Translations under genes and position numbers: made by a program
In this document: one piece after another, positions 1 to 11,810 of the stretch
Position numbering within the stretch: position 1 is the first letter of the stretch
Layout: every line of letters begins with the position of its first letter
Assembly: GCF_001194135.2 (NCBI RefSeq)
Contig: NC_068981.1
Location: 46,125,764 to 46,158,919 of the forward strand
Length of the DNA stretch: 33,156 nt
Direction of reading: 5' to 3'
Source of the DNA: Octopus bimaculoides
Lineage: Eukaryota
Notes under the pieces: model-generated
The model's database searches: none
What the model was told of the DNA's origin: nothing
Seen by the model: the letters and a program-made list of their open reading frames with translations, nothing else

Positions 1-493
1 ATGTGTGTGTGCGCTGTAATTGTGAGTGATTAGTTTTGTTTGTATTGTTAGTACAGTATATGTGTGTATACGTGTGCGTGTGTTTGTGTGAGTGCGTCTA
101 TGTGGCTTGTATTTGTCGGGGAGGTGTGTCATTGTGTGTGCATGCTTCTGTGCATGTGTGCTTGTGGGTGTTTGTTGTGATTGTTGGGATTGTATTGTGT
201 GTGTTTTTCTTTTGAGTGTGTGTGTGACATTTTTACTGGGGAACAGGCGTATGGTGTTTGTATGTGTGTGTACATACGTATGCAAATATATATATATACA
301 GATATATATAGAGAGAGAAGGAGAAACAGATGTGAGCACATTTCTTTGCAGTGTATGTGGGCAAGTGGTTTAGCCAATGGGTTAGCGTTTGTGTGTGCAT
401 GCGTTACGAATTCCTAATATTTCCCTCAGGCTTGTAATATTTTTTTGTTTAGTAAGAAAGTGCTTTATAATAAGATAATTGTCTAAAAGAATG

Positions 494-734
494 TTATCCT
501 TTATCCTTGACTTGTTTCACTCAGTTGACTACAGCCATACTGCAGCACGGCCTTGGACTGTTTTAGACGAACAATTCGACCCAAGCGCTTTTTTTATAGC
601 CTTGCATTTATTGTAGTTTTCTTTTGCCGAATCGCTAATTCACACGGACAAAAATACATCAACACCGGTTATCATGCGGTGGTGGAGGGCAAACACACAC
701 ACACCACATCACACACAAGCACGCACCCACTCAA

Positions 735-790
<56 letters not shown>

Positions 791-986
791 GTACACACAC
801 ATGCACGCAGGCACACACACACACACGATGGGTTTTTTCTGCTTCCTTCTAGGAAACCCACTGAGGAGGTTTTGCTCGGCCAAGGTTTTACAGAGGACGT
901 GTATCCAAGATGGCATGCAGTGAGGTTGAGCACAGAACCATGTGTTTGTGAACAAAGCTTCTTCCCACACACCCACACATGCGCCT
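494..986 (-). mobile_element. Near full-length tRNA-derived SINE (family A, octopod-type) with internal (CA)/(TA) microsatellite expansion
   Basis: The minus strand starts AGGCGCATGTGTGGGTGTGTGGGAAG (tRNA-like head). It continues ...CATGGTTCTGTGCTCAACCTCACTGCATGCCATCTTGG..., then a microsatellite, a body with GGCAAAAGAAAAC...GGGTCGAATTG...ATGGCTGTAGTCAACTGAGTGAAACAAG, and an AAGGATAAAGGATAA tail. It is homologous by eye to 3630-3836, 7118-7500 and 17455-17595. Confidence 0.85.
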
Positions 987-1228
987 ATTCTAGAGTAAGA
1001 TAGTGGAACTTGGTCATCCATTTCCTCTTATCTCTCCAGCAGTTGTGAATTCTAGGCGTATGCCCGATAGGAAATCGTTTTCTTTCTAGCTGAGACTGAA
1101 AAGTGTTTAAATGTAGTAGGATAGAGAATCACTGAATGTTTGCCAGTGCTGCGAAAGATTGGAGAGCTACACTGCAGGTATAAGCTAAAGCTGGTTGATG
1201 AATGTTCTAACGCGTTGGGTGTATGCAG

Positions 1229-1592
1229 CTTCTTCTTCTTCTTCTTCTTCTTCTTCTTCTTCTTCTTCTTCTTCTTCTTCTTCTTCTTCTTCTTCTGCTT
1301 CTTCTTCTTCTTCTTCTTATTCTTCTTCTTCTTCTTCTTCTTTTTCTCCTCCTCCTCCTTCTTCTTCTTCTTCTTCTTCTTCTTCTTCTTCTCTTTCTTG
1401 TTCTTCTTGTTCTTCTTCTTCTCTGTCTTCTTCTTCTTCGTCTGCTTCTTCTTCTCTTTCTTCTTCTTCTTCTTCTCTTTCTTCTTCTTCTTCTTCTTCT
1501 TCTTCTTCTCTTTCTTCTTCTTCTTCTCTTTCTTTTTCTTCTTCTTCTTCTTCTTCTTCTTCTTCTTCTTCTCTTTCTTTTTCTTCTTCTTC
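1229..1592 (+). repeat. (TTC)n microsatellite running into an assembly gap
   Basis: Direct reading; the gap spans 1593-2211. Confidence 0.98.
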
Positions 1593-2230
1593 NNNNNNNN
1601 NNNNNNNNNNNNNNNNNNNNNNNNNNNNNNNNNNNNNNNNNNNNNNNNNNNNNNNNNNNNNNNNNNNNNNNNNNNNNNNNNNNNNNNNNNNNNNNNNNNN
1701 NNNNNNNNNNNNNNNNNNNNNNNNNNNNNNNNNNNNNNNNNNNNNNNNNNNNNNNNNNNNNNNNNNNNNNNNNNNNNNNNNNNNNNNNNNNNNNNNNNNN
1801 NNNNNNNNNNNNNNNNNNNNNNNNNNNNNNNNNNNNNNNNNNNNNNNNNNNNNNNNNNNNNNNNNNNNNNNNNNNNNNNNNNNNNNNNNNNNNNNNNNNN
1901 NNNNNNNNNNNNNNNNNNNNNNNNNNNNNNNNNNNNNNNNNNNNNNNNNNNNNNNNNNNNNNNNNNNNNNNNNNNNNNNNNNNNNNNNNNNNNNNNNNNN
2001 NNNNNNNNNNNNNNNNNNNNNNNNNNNNNNNNNNNNNNNNNNNNNNNNNNNNNNNNNNNNNNNNNNNNNNNNNNNNNNNNNNNNNNNNNNNNNNNNNNNN
2101 NNNNNNNNNNNNNNNNNNNNNNNNNNNNNNNNNNNNNNNNNNNNNNNNNNNNNNNNNNNNNNNNNNNNNNNNNNNNNNNNNNNNNNNNNNNNNNNNNNNN
2201 NNNNNNNNNNNCTTATTCTCCTTCTTCTTG

Positions 2231-2244
2231 TTATTATTATTATA

Positions 2245-2303
<59 letters not shown>
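2231..2303 (+). repeat. (TTA)n microsatellite
   Basis: Direct reading. Confidence 0.97.
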
Positions 2304-2306
<3 letters not shown>

Positions 2307-2460
2307 ATGCTGCCTAATAAGCCACACTTATATCTCACACAAACAATATACAAAAAAAAACGATGAGATATTTGACATGTGGTGCTCTGAATCGAATGCA
2401 AAAGGTTTTCTGTGAATGCTTACATACACACCAACAAGATCATATGTTTATATTCAAAAC

Positions 2461-2672
2461 TGCGGAAAAATTATTTACCATATCTACATTTGACGGATTT
2501 TTGTCTTCCTCTTCTTTGTTGTTAACACAACGTTTCGGCTGATATACTCTCCAGCCATCATCAGGTGTCTTGAGGAAACTTCGAACAAGGGTTATCGTTC
2601 GTAAGGAATTTTAAGATGTCATTATTATCTTGGGGTTACTAGCCCGCACTGTTAACCTTTGCCTCATATGCC
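2461..2672 (-). mobile_element. tRNA-headed SINE (family B), apparently internally deleted, with a hammerhead-containing 3' region
   Basis: The minus strand reads GGCATATGAGGCAAAGGTTAACAGTGCGGGCTAGTAACCCCAAGAT, a tRNA-like 5' half with no B box visible after it. It continues AATAATGACATC...CAAGACACCTGATGATGGCTGGAGAGTATATCAGCCGAAACGTTGTGTTAACAAC and ends in an AATGTAGATATGGTAAATAA tail. Confidence 0.7.
2524..2569 (-). ncRNA. Minimal type I hammerhead ribozyme motif
   Basis: The minus strand reads GACAC-CTGATGA-T-GGCTG-(GAGAGTATAT)-CAGCC-GAAAC-GTT-GTGTT. Both core boxes are intact, stem II is 5 bp, stem I (GACAC/GTGTT) is 5 bp, and stem III is the loopless palindrome AACGTT with a GUU triplet. 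Confidence 0.8.
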
Positions 2673-3115
2673 CTAGGGCAATTATAGAGTGAATTAGAGG
2701 TCTTATAGATATACTTTCCGATGTTTACTTAATACCGATTTCCATATACTACTCATATCTGCTCTCAGTCTGCTTAGGAGGTCAAGATTGATAATTTCTA
2801 TAGTATCATGGAATCTTTTCAAATTGCTTGATAATTTAAAGTCTGAAACATTTAACTTTTTGGGTAACTTAGGACCAGACTGTCGATTTTTAGGCATTAT
2901 CTAAAACTCTATTTTTCTTCGCACTAGATGTAGGTCAGTCGAGCTATCTGCAATTCTCATGGCGTTTCACGGGTCCTATTTTTCACCCCGCAATGTGTCC
3001 AACAACGCTTTCCTCTCCAAGCAAGCCTGGTGGGGTTGCCAGTTTAGTCACCGACGAACCGACAATGCGTCAGGTCGTACTAGATTACATGTTACCATTA
3101 GCACTCAAGATCGAC
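2673..3115 (-). mobile_element. Decayed RTE-clade LINE fragment (end of AP endonuclease plus linker)
   Basis: Minus-strand translation gives LLDTLRVKNR and MRIADSSTDLHLVRRKIEF*IMPKNRQSGPKLPKKLNVSDFK...IWKSVLSKHRKVY. This resembles the RTE pattern LLDY..VR.RD / M.GADC.TDH.LVRSK....P.R.QG...PK+LNV..LK. Confidence 0.7.
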
Positions 3116-3629
3116 CTGACATACATATATCTAACTTTATAAATATAAGAGTAAAAATTATTGAATAACTATTTTCGTAATAAGAGTCGGAAGACATAAA
3201 TAGTTTTTAATATAATAGTGTATGAAACATAAACGTAAAGAAAAACACCAAGTCAATTTCTCACATGCTAAAAATGGAAGTCAAAGCCTATAGCCACGAA
3301 AAAATATTCTTAAATTAAAACACGTTGATGTGTATGCAAATAAGGCATTTGAGAGAATAAAATAGAGTAGATCTTATAAGTTTCCCAATTACTCACTATA
3401 TAAAACAAATAATAGGAGAATTAACACATTCTTTAATCATCCATATCTCATCAGTTAGGTTCCAAATTAAATGCATAAACATAGAACTGTAAGACGAACT
3501 GAAAACACAAAGTGAGCACATACGCATTCAGTTATATGCTTAGGCTTTTAGCATGTAAGAAAACCGCATGGTGGTTATCCCATCCTGTATGTTTCATACA
3601 CTATTTTATTTATATATATGTAGATGATT

Positions 3630-3832
3630 GTGCGTCTATGCTTGTCCCCGCCTACCATCGCTTGAGAACCAATTTTGGTGTGTCTACATCCCTGTACATT
3701 AGCTGTTCAGCAAAAGAGACCGATAGAATAAGTACTAAGATTACAAAGAATAAGTCGTGGGGTCGATTTCTTCGACTAAAAGGAGGCACTCCAGCCTCGC
3801 CGCAGTCAAATTCTTGAAAGTAATAAAAGGGT

Positions 3833-3836
<4 letters not shown>
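3630..3836 (+). mobile_element. SINE family A, 3' half
   Basis: Reads CTTGTCCCCGCCTACCATCGCTTGAGAACC...CAGCAAAAGAGACCGATAGAATAAGTACT...GGGGTCGATTTCTTCGACTAAA...CCGCAGTCAAA, homologous to the reverse complement of 494-700. Confidence 0.85.
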
Positions 3837-3879
<43 letters not shown>

Positions 3880-3984
3880 GTGTGTGTGTGTATGATGTGT
3901 GTGTGTGTGTGTATGTGTATATGTGTATGTGTGTGTGTCTGCGTGCGTGTGTATGTATGTATGTATGTATGAATATATGGCTGC

Positions 3985-4559
3985 ATGACGTCACCAACAG
4001 TAAACAACATGAAATATGAAAACAAATGAGTTCAATACGCAAAGAGAAGGGAGACTCTACCCTGTATTTTTTCTCCCCTTCACCGTTTTCTGTGTGTGTC
4101 TTCTCCCTCTTTCTCCTCTTCTATCTCTCGCTGCACACACATGACCATCATCCATCTTTCTTTTCCTCACGTGATGATATTTCTTTTCTTTCAGGACTCT
4201 CCCGTCAAAGAAAATATTTCTCCAGCGTTCGCTATTTTACCCTCGTTCTGGTCTAACGACCCTCCATGTGTGTTTTCATTCGGTTTCCTAATATGTCTCT
4301 ACTGTCCTGGTTTTGTTCCAAATTTGACCCTCTACATATCCCAAATTTTATTTTGGTTCTGATGGGAGCAGCTCTCTTGGAAGACTCATACTGTTGTTCA
4401 ATGTTAGAAATAAGGAGTAGATAGACAGCCGAAAACCGATGAAGTGGCGTTCTTTATCTTACTTGTCGAAATTGACATTATTTTCTCTCGCTGTTTGAGC
4501 ATTAAACTCATTTGTTTTCGTATTTCACGTTGTTTACTGATCGTGACTCAGTGTACCCA
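3985..4559. mobile_element. Repeat bounded by imperfect 45-bp inverted arms; probable PLE terminal-repeat (pLTR) remnant
   Basis: Arm 3998-4042 matches the reverse complement of 4495-4539 at 40/45 positions. The interior is CT-rich and carries a CCGATGAAG motif at 4436-4444. The PLE assignment is inference. Confidence 0.55.
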
Positions 4560-4589
4560 TACACACATATGCATACCAGCCTCCCCTCT

Positions 4590-4730
4590 CCACACCAGTG
4601 ATGTGGAAACTCATTTCTACACATGAGTTAACTGGAGAAACGTGAAATAGAGTGTCTTGCTCGAGAACACAATACGCAGCCCAGTCCGGGAATCGAACTC
4701 ACAGCCTCACCATCGTAAGCTCAACGCTGA
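4590..4730 (-). mobile_element. tRNA-derived SINE (family C) fragment
   Basis: The minus strand has a B-box-like GAGTTCGATTCC (4689-4700), followed by TTGTGTTCTCGAGCAAGACACTCTATTTCACG...GTGTAGAAATGAG, a conserved SINE central-domain type sequence. Confidence 0.7.
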
Positions 4731-4738
4731 GTCGTGCA

Positions 4739-4780
<42 letters not shown>

Positions 4781-6543
4781 CATATTATATATATATATAN
4801 NNNNNNNNNNNNNNNNNNNNNNNNNNNNNNNNNNNNNNNNNNNNNNNNNNNNNNNNNNNNNNNNNNNNNNNNNNNNNNNNNNNNNNNNNNNNNNNNNNNN
4901 NNNNNNNNNNNNNNNNNNNNNNNNNNNNNNNNNNNNNNNNNNNNNNNNNNNNNNNNNNNNNNNNNNNNNNNNNNNNNNNNNNNNNNNNNNNNNNNNNNNN
5001 NNNNNNNNNNNNNNNNNNNNNNNNNNNNNNNNNNNNNNNNNNNNNNNNNNNNNNNNNNNNNNNNNNNNNNNNNNNNNNNNNNNNNNNNNNNNNNNNNNNN
5101 NNNNNNNNNNNNNNNNNNNNNNNNNNNNNNNNNNNNNNNNNNNNNNNNNNNNNNNNNNNNNNNNNNNNNNNNNNNNNNNNNNNNNNNNNNNNNNNNNNNN
5201 NNNNNNNNNNNNNNNNNNNNNNNNNNNNNNNNNNNNNNNNNNNNNNNNNNNNNNNNNNNNNNNNNNNNNNNNNNNNNNNNNNNNNNNNNNNNNNNNNNNN
5301 NNNNNNNNNNNNNNNNNNNNNNNNNNNNNNNNNNNNNNNNNNNNNNNNNNNNNNNNNNNNNNNNNNNNNNNNNNNNNNNNNNNNNNNNNNNNNNNNNNNN
5401 NNNNNNNNNNNNNNNNNNNNNNNNNNNNNNNNNNNNNNNNNNNNNNNNNNNNNNNNNNNNNNNNNNNNNNNNNNNNNNNNNNNNNNNNNNNNNNNNNNNN
5501 NNNNNNNNNNNNNNNNNNNNNNNNNNNNNNNTATATATATGTGTGTGTGTGTGTGTGTATGTATATGTATGTATGTATGTACGTATATGATGAATAGACA
5601 GATATATAGATAGAAAAATAGATAGGTTGATAGATAGATAGATAGATAGATATGATTAGCTTTGTATTCTTGTAGCCTTCTAGTCTTAAATTCTATCTCC
5701 CATACACATATGTATCTAAGCTGTCAGCCGTACAGCATGAGCCGAGTTTTCCTGACTGGAACACTGAACGTCTCTGAGATGTAATCGTATTACCTAAAAT
5801 CTATTGTGCCAAATTTCTTCTAAAAATCATATTCAGTAAAGACAGTGGCTGATTGCAACTTAGTTTGTTATTCATTGTTAACAAAACACAGAACAGATTG
5901 GACCATGCCTGCATATGTTACACGTTGACAATTTTATATTATAAACTTAAATTTCCGTATTACATATATCATTTTACATCATGCTCCATTTCTCACTCAC
6001 ATATTCTCAAACTTGACGTAAGAATATTCTTTCGGATTTACTAAAGGACAAGATACTGTTCACTTCTTTCATAATACACATATGTACCTTATAGATGTAT
6101 GTACAATATTATAATACGATATTGACATATATTATTGCAATCCTACCTCTCTTGTTAAGAACATGTTTAATCGAATACGTGGTAAGTTAAACGTTTTACC
6201 TTATCCAAATTTCAAAGTGAAGAACTTTTCTTTGCTTCAGCAACATTAAACATTGGAAAATTTGCCAACGTATTGCATAGAGAATATTTCATTACCACAT
6301 TTTCATCCGAATTTTTGTCTCTCCCAGCACCAAGGAACTTCCCTGTGATAAAGCGTGATTGATATTTTTCGACTTTTGATTTAATCTTCATGATTTCATT
6401 TTTACCTATCGCTACTTTCAAAATCATTCACTCTTTTATATATTCAACAATATATGAATATAATATGTATGCGTGTACCTATGTGTGCCTCTCTCTCTCT
6501 ATTTCCCTCTCTCTCTCTCTATCTCTATCTCCCTCTGTCTCTC

Positions 6544-6584
<41 letters not shown>

Positions 6585-6598
6585 NNNNNNNNNNNNNN

Positions 6599-6663
<65 letters not shown>

Positions 6664-7117
6664 TTGTATTTGCGTGAGCGCACATATATGCAAATATATG
6701 GAAGTATAAACCTTTCTTGTTTAATTTTTTTAAATTTCTTCTTTACATAATATCGAATATAATTCATGCTGTTGCATTGCATGACACAGTAATGTTGTCA
6801 TGTTTCTACCTTTTGTAGTATCCATGAAAAGTGAGATTGCATCAGACATGAACGCATTTCTCGCGCAAGCACACACGCAAACACATATTTATATTCCATT
6901 CATAGTCTTGTTGGACATTTTTCATTGCGTTACTTAAAACAAACCTCATGTTGTGTGTGAGGCGCTCGGCTTTTATTTTGCTTCTATATTGTTATATTAT
7001 ATTTTGTTTGCATATTTACATATATATATTCGTATCCACTACCACTATCGTATTTGTCTTCGTCACTGTCTTCATCGTTCACTCATTATTCCCATGAAAT
7101 ATGAACCAGGGGTGTCT

Positions 7118-7500
7118 AGGCGTAGGCATGGCTCAGTGGCAAGAAGCTTCTTTCCCACCAGCACGGTACCGGCTTCAGTCCCAATATGTGACACCTTGGG
7201 CCACTGTAGACTCGAGCCAATGAAATCCTTGTGAATGGATTTGGTAGACTGACACGGAAAGATTCCTAATGTGCGCACGCACGTGTGTGTGTCTGTGTGT
7301 CTGTATCTGTGTGTCTGTGTGAGCGTGTTTGTGTCTATGATTATCCTCCACCATGGAATGACAACTGGTGTTGGTGTGCTTGCGTCTCTGTAAAGGAATA
7401 TGATCAGGCTTTAAGAAAACTACAGGGTTGATTCGTTCGATTAAAAATTATTCAAGTTGGTGTTTTAGCAGGGGTGTATTCTAACGATTAAAACAAATAA
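7118..7500 (+). mobile_element. SINE family A, near full length, diverged
   Basis: Reads AGGCGTAGGCATGGCTCAGTGGCAAGAAGC...GGCTTCAGTCCCA...CACCTTGGGC...CCTTGTGAATGGATTTGGTAGAC, then an internal (TG)n, then CCACCATGGAATGACAACTGGTGTTGGTGTG...GGGTTGATTCGTTCGATTAAA. Confidence 0.85.
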
Positions 7501-8049
7501 AATTTTTAAAGATATAAAAAAAAAAAGAAATATGAAACCACGAAAAATTAACAATATCATTGTTAAATGCGTGAAATTGTAATGACTTTTTGGACGATAA
7601 TTGACGATAAAATAGCAGTCTGTGTCTTGTGTGTTAATTTTCCATTCGTTACTTTGTCCTGGATCTCTTTAATTTTCGAAACATATTATTTAATATTATT
7701 TAAGATAACCCCATGCGCCTACATTTCAGGAGAATATTCCTCCGTTGTCTCCTTCTTATTTTCTTTTCCTCGCTTTTTTCTTCTTTCTCTCACCACTTTA
7801 CCTCTCTGTTGTTTATCCTTCCTCTCTACAAAGCACTACATTTTATCTCTCCTTTCTTCCCACTTGCATGTGGCACAAGGTCATTCCCTTTTCTCTCTCT
7901 AGCTTCTTTTTCCACTCGACTGCTGACCTCGCTTCTCCTGATCTCTCGCTTTCTTCTTTACCTTTAAAACAGAGTTAATGTCTTTATCGTTTTCACCGTT
8001 CATTCAGCGATGTTTTCACTGTTGCTTTCATTTTATTAATAAAATTTAG

Positions 8050-8600
8050 TCAGCCAACGCATAATATGAGGAAAACGTGAAGGAAAGTAGATGAGAGCAA
8101 GCCCACTAATCTTGTAAAAAGACCATGACCGTAGATCCGACTTACTTTAAAATAGTTCGTTCGAATAGAAGCCCTTTTTTGTGATTTAGAAGTGAAGGAA
8201 AAATGGGATGGACAATAACCAGAGACAGCCATGTTGAATCGTAAGTATAGGACTTTATCGAATTTCTTGCTATAGTCAGTTCATAATATTGAAAGAAGAG
8301 GACTTTCTTGCAAAACAAGAAGTCAATGTAATATGTTTGATTTGCTATACAAAAATGAATATTTCTAGATTTTATAGAAAGCCTGTTCACTTGCAGTAGC
8401 TAGGTTTATGGAAATGGAGTTCTATACATTAAATTTTAGAGAACAGTCTCGTATCAATGATGCTAAGCCTGATCATAATGATTTAGCTTTAAAGATAAGT
8501 ACTAGAAAATATAAAAATAACTTTAAAGAATAGAGGAGTGGAAACTACAATATATAAAGTCGACTGAAGGCATGGGAGGTAAAATGATGAACGGTTAACA
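8050..8600 (+). mobile_element. Possible highly decayed PLE reverse transcriptase remnant
   Basis: Plus-strand fragments Q*PETAML (8213-8236; cf. QxxGTAMG) and KITLKNRGVETTIYK (~8515-8559; cf. LD..I...N..L.T.+YRKPT) lie in the expected order, but there are many stops. Confidence 0.35.
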
Positions 8601-9059
8601 TTTGAAGGAAATGAAAATTTTGCGAAAATTCAGACAGGTCATGTAATTTACTATACGGGACGAGTGTAAAGCTTGTTATAAACATTTAAACGCGTGAGTA
8701 AGCAGTGTTTAGAGTGCCTGAATAGGAACGACTAGAACAACCAATGAAAGAGGGAGATGAAAACACATGACAAGAATAAATGAAGAAAGGGAAGAAGAAG
8801 AAGAAGAGGAGGAGGAGGAGGAGGAGGAAACGAGGAAAATGAAAAGGGGGATAATAGAAGAAGTAAAAATAAAGTGTGAAAGTTGTAGTTCGAAATAAAT
8901 CTTGCAAAATATTGATATTAGAGGCACGAAAAATGCACTAAATTGCAATTAAGCTCTCACATTCATTTTGATGTGTTTGATAAGATTAGGATAATTCTTA
9001 GAAGAAATACAATGGATTAGAATAAGAAGAAAAGGAAAGAGAGAGAAAATATTTTTGCT

Positions 9060-9320
9060 TACCCTTGTCATAGTAAAGTCGCCGTAGCTTAAATTTTACA
9101 ACAATCTTTCTCCTTAAATTCAGCATCCATCTAACTTAAACTCCATCTGTTTCTTGACCCTCTCCATTTGTTTATTCATCACAAATTTCCGGGATCCCCC
9201 ACTCCCAGATATTTGACCTCTTCTTCCACTTCTCTTATTAAATGACCGTTTTAGTTCTTGAGCAGTTGTTTACTTCAACCACTTTTTTTAAAGCTCTCTT
9301 TTCAATATTCTGTTTTTCTG
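9060..9320 (-). mobile_element. Non-LTR retrotransposon RT fragment (YLG motif region; L1/Tx1- or CR1-like)
   Basis: Minus-strand translation gives SG*SKQLLKN*NGHLIREVEEEVKYLGVG...RWMLNLRRKIVVKFKLRRLYY, which is typical of RT domains 6-7. Confidence 0.45.
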
Positions 9321-9522
9321 ACTTCACCATTCATTTCAACTTACATCACCGGTGAGTTAACTTAGGATTCCCAAGCGACAATGTAACCTACATATAATTA
9401 AGGTACCTTCGGCCTCACGAGTAGCTAGCTGGTTAGCACTGTTTTAGTAATTATTACATCAAATGATCTCCTAGCTAGAAAACATGTAGCCTGGATTTTA
9501 CCTCTTTCACTCCTCAATGTGC

Positions 9523-9553
<31 letters not shown>

Positions 9554-10494
9554 TGTATGTATAATCTGTATTGTATACGACGTGTAACCAAATATCATAT
9601 TCCACAAAACACTGAAGGCTGCCACGTATGAATCTCTCAGGGCTGTATGAAAGTCCTTTGTTAATTTCGTAGTACAGTGATATGATATATATTTGTCACT
9701 GTTTCATAAGCTCTGCTACATAATTTATATTTCGGGCCCATTATATTACAACCCATGTTACCGAACGAAAGCACTTTCGAATTGCCAAATCGGCCAAATC
9801 AGTTACCTCTCGTTTTTTTTTCGTTAGTCACAATGTGTGGTCTGTATTAGCTCTTTCTGATTTTGATACTCTCATAATTTTTACCGCTTTCGCTATTAGA
9901 AATTTCTTTGTGAGTATGCTATTAATATCATTTTTTTTTTTTTAGAAATGCGTATATCGTGCTGAGAAATGGAATTTGTTTTCTCTTTCATTATGTTTTG
10001 TCTTTTTAAAATTGTGACTGTTTTCGTTTCAATTTTCTGGTGAGAAATCTTTTCAGCCCAGCATAACTGCTTCTTGTTTTTTTTTCTTCTTTTGTTATTT
10101 TGTTCTGCTTTACAAGTGGAAGAAGAAAATGTACCCGCTAATTAAAGTGCTTTCTCCTAAACAACGAAAAACAATAAATGCAATGATATTTCTAGCTTTG
10201 TCTAAAAATACTGTCGCATTAAAAAAAAATTCCATTAATTTTCTTTTGGAAAATTCCTGATATTCAGTGAGTGAAAGATAAAAGCTATGTAAAAGCCTAG
10301 CCTTTAGATTTCATAATAATAATGTTTGCTTTATTAAACGCTAAAAAATCGAGAACAACGCAGAAGATACAACACTATGCGCGGTTATTTAATATAAAAA
10401 TCAGGTAAATAATACTATAACATACGTAAAAATAAATATTCAGACAAGGATATTTTACCAAACAGTAAGAGACGTTTGAAGTTTGATCGTGAAA

Positions 10495-10511
10495 TCTCTC
10501 TCTCTCTCTCT

Positions 10512-10590
<79 letters not shown>
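10495..10590 (+). repeat. (TC)n(CA)n compound microsatellite
   Basis: Direct reading. Confidence 0.97.
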
Positions 10591-10595
<5 letters not shown>

Positions 10596-10629
10596 GTGAC
10601 GCTGACTATTAAAGAAAGTGTCCCCTAAT

Positions 10630-10745
10630 TTTGACACAAGGCCGATAATTTGGTTTTGAAAGAGTCATGTCGATTATAAGGGCAAAATTACTTGAACAAT
10701 ACCCTATTTTATCGACTCCGAAATGTTGATCTCAGCAAGATTTGC
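10630..10745 (-). mobile_element. SINE family D fragment
   Basis: Contains TTGACACAAGGCC...GTCGATTA...TATTTTATCGACTCCGAAA, shared with 11325-11530 and with the reverse complement of 17815-17915. Confidence 0.55.
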
Positions 10746-11324
10746 TCTCCGAATCTAAACAGCCGCAACTAAATATCAAAGATCTGCAGTGTTTCCAAAA
10801 CTGAACCACGCGATCTCCTCGGGTGTTGTAAAATAAAATTATTGGTAGTTAGGAGAAAAGTTTCCTATTTATATATCAACTTGAGAAACAGATGTCTTGT
10901 TATGGGTAATAAATGTTTAATTTCCAAAGTCTAAATTAAGCTTAAAATACTACACATGTGCATGATTATTTTTTAGACGTTAAAAAAAATGAAACTGTAG
11001 ATATCCGTCATCTATAGAAAACAATTTTCAGAGGTAAGTGTTGAAGAGTGGGTCAGTTTATCCTACGATATAGTATATGTTGTGATATTTAGATCGGTGT
11101 AATGTCACAGCTAACTTCATGATGTTTATGTTGAAATGAAAGTTTCGATGTTGTAGAGTTTATATCCTGCTTCCACTTTATTTGCTTTGGCATGAGCGCA
11201 TTTAATGCGCTGTTATTTGAATAAAGTTTTTCTAGAACTACAGTCTGATTGATTCTAATTTTGTACCCTTAATTTCAAGTATATAAATAATGCATGAGTT
11301 GAATGTAAATGTAACTTTTTTCTA

Positions 11325-11530
11325 ATCTTGGCAGAAAGTCAGAAATTTTAGGGAAGCGGGATAATCATTTACTCCGAAGCCACTAATGTAATGGTACGTC
11401 TTTTATCGACTCCCAAAAGAGTGAAAGATAAATGAACCTCTGTGGTATTTGAAATCAGGACGTAAAACCTGAAGAAATGTTGTCAAGCAATTCGACCGGT
11501 GTCGATGTGCTAACGAATTTACCAGCTTGG
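11325..11530 (-). mobile_element. tRNA-derived SINE family D, diverged
   Basis: Reads TGGTACGTCTTTTATCGACTCCCAAAAGAGTGAAAGATAAATGAACCTCTGTGGTATTTGAAATCAGGACG...GTGCTAACGAATTTACCAGCT; the minus strand has a B-box-like GATTTCAAATACC. Confidence 0.65.
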
Positions 11531-11684
11531 CAACACTTGTGGGAGACTATAACAATCGTAAGAAAACGATTAAATATGTTTGAAAATGTACCGACCAATT
11601 TTTGCATGTAGCAAAATAGTGAGCGCATTTTTTTTTATCTTACACTCAAGAAAATATCAGATTTCTCTATGCTTAGAATGCTTT

Positions 11685-11688
<4 letters not shown>

Positions 11689-11770
<82 letters not shown>

Positions 11771-11810
11771 TTTGTGTGTGTGTGTGTTTGTGTGTGTGTG
11801 TGCGTGCGCG
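11689..11810 (+). repeat. (TG)n microsatellite
   Basis: Direct reading. Confidence 0.97.

Noticed and set aside
1000-1228. Weak RT-thumb-like peptide (IHQPALAYTCSV) on the minus strand
   Set aside because: A single weak motif is insufficient to call an element.
3448-3454. CTGATGA on the minus strand
   Set aside because: No stem II hairpin or GAAA follows, so it is a chance match.
6160-6181. Possible 22-nt plus-strand microexon (pyrimidine-rich AG ... GTAAGT)
   Set aside because: The length is not a multiple of 3, there is no recognisable peptide, and such signals are common by chance in AT-rich DNA.
6195-6427. Overlapping short open frames (FQSEELFFASATLNIGKF...; MILKVAIGKNE...)
   Set aside because: No recognisable family and no supporting splice structure.
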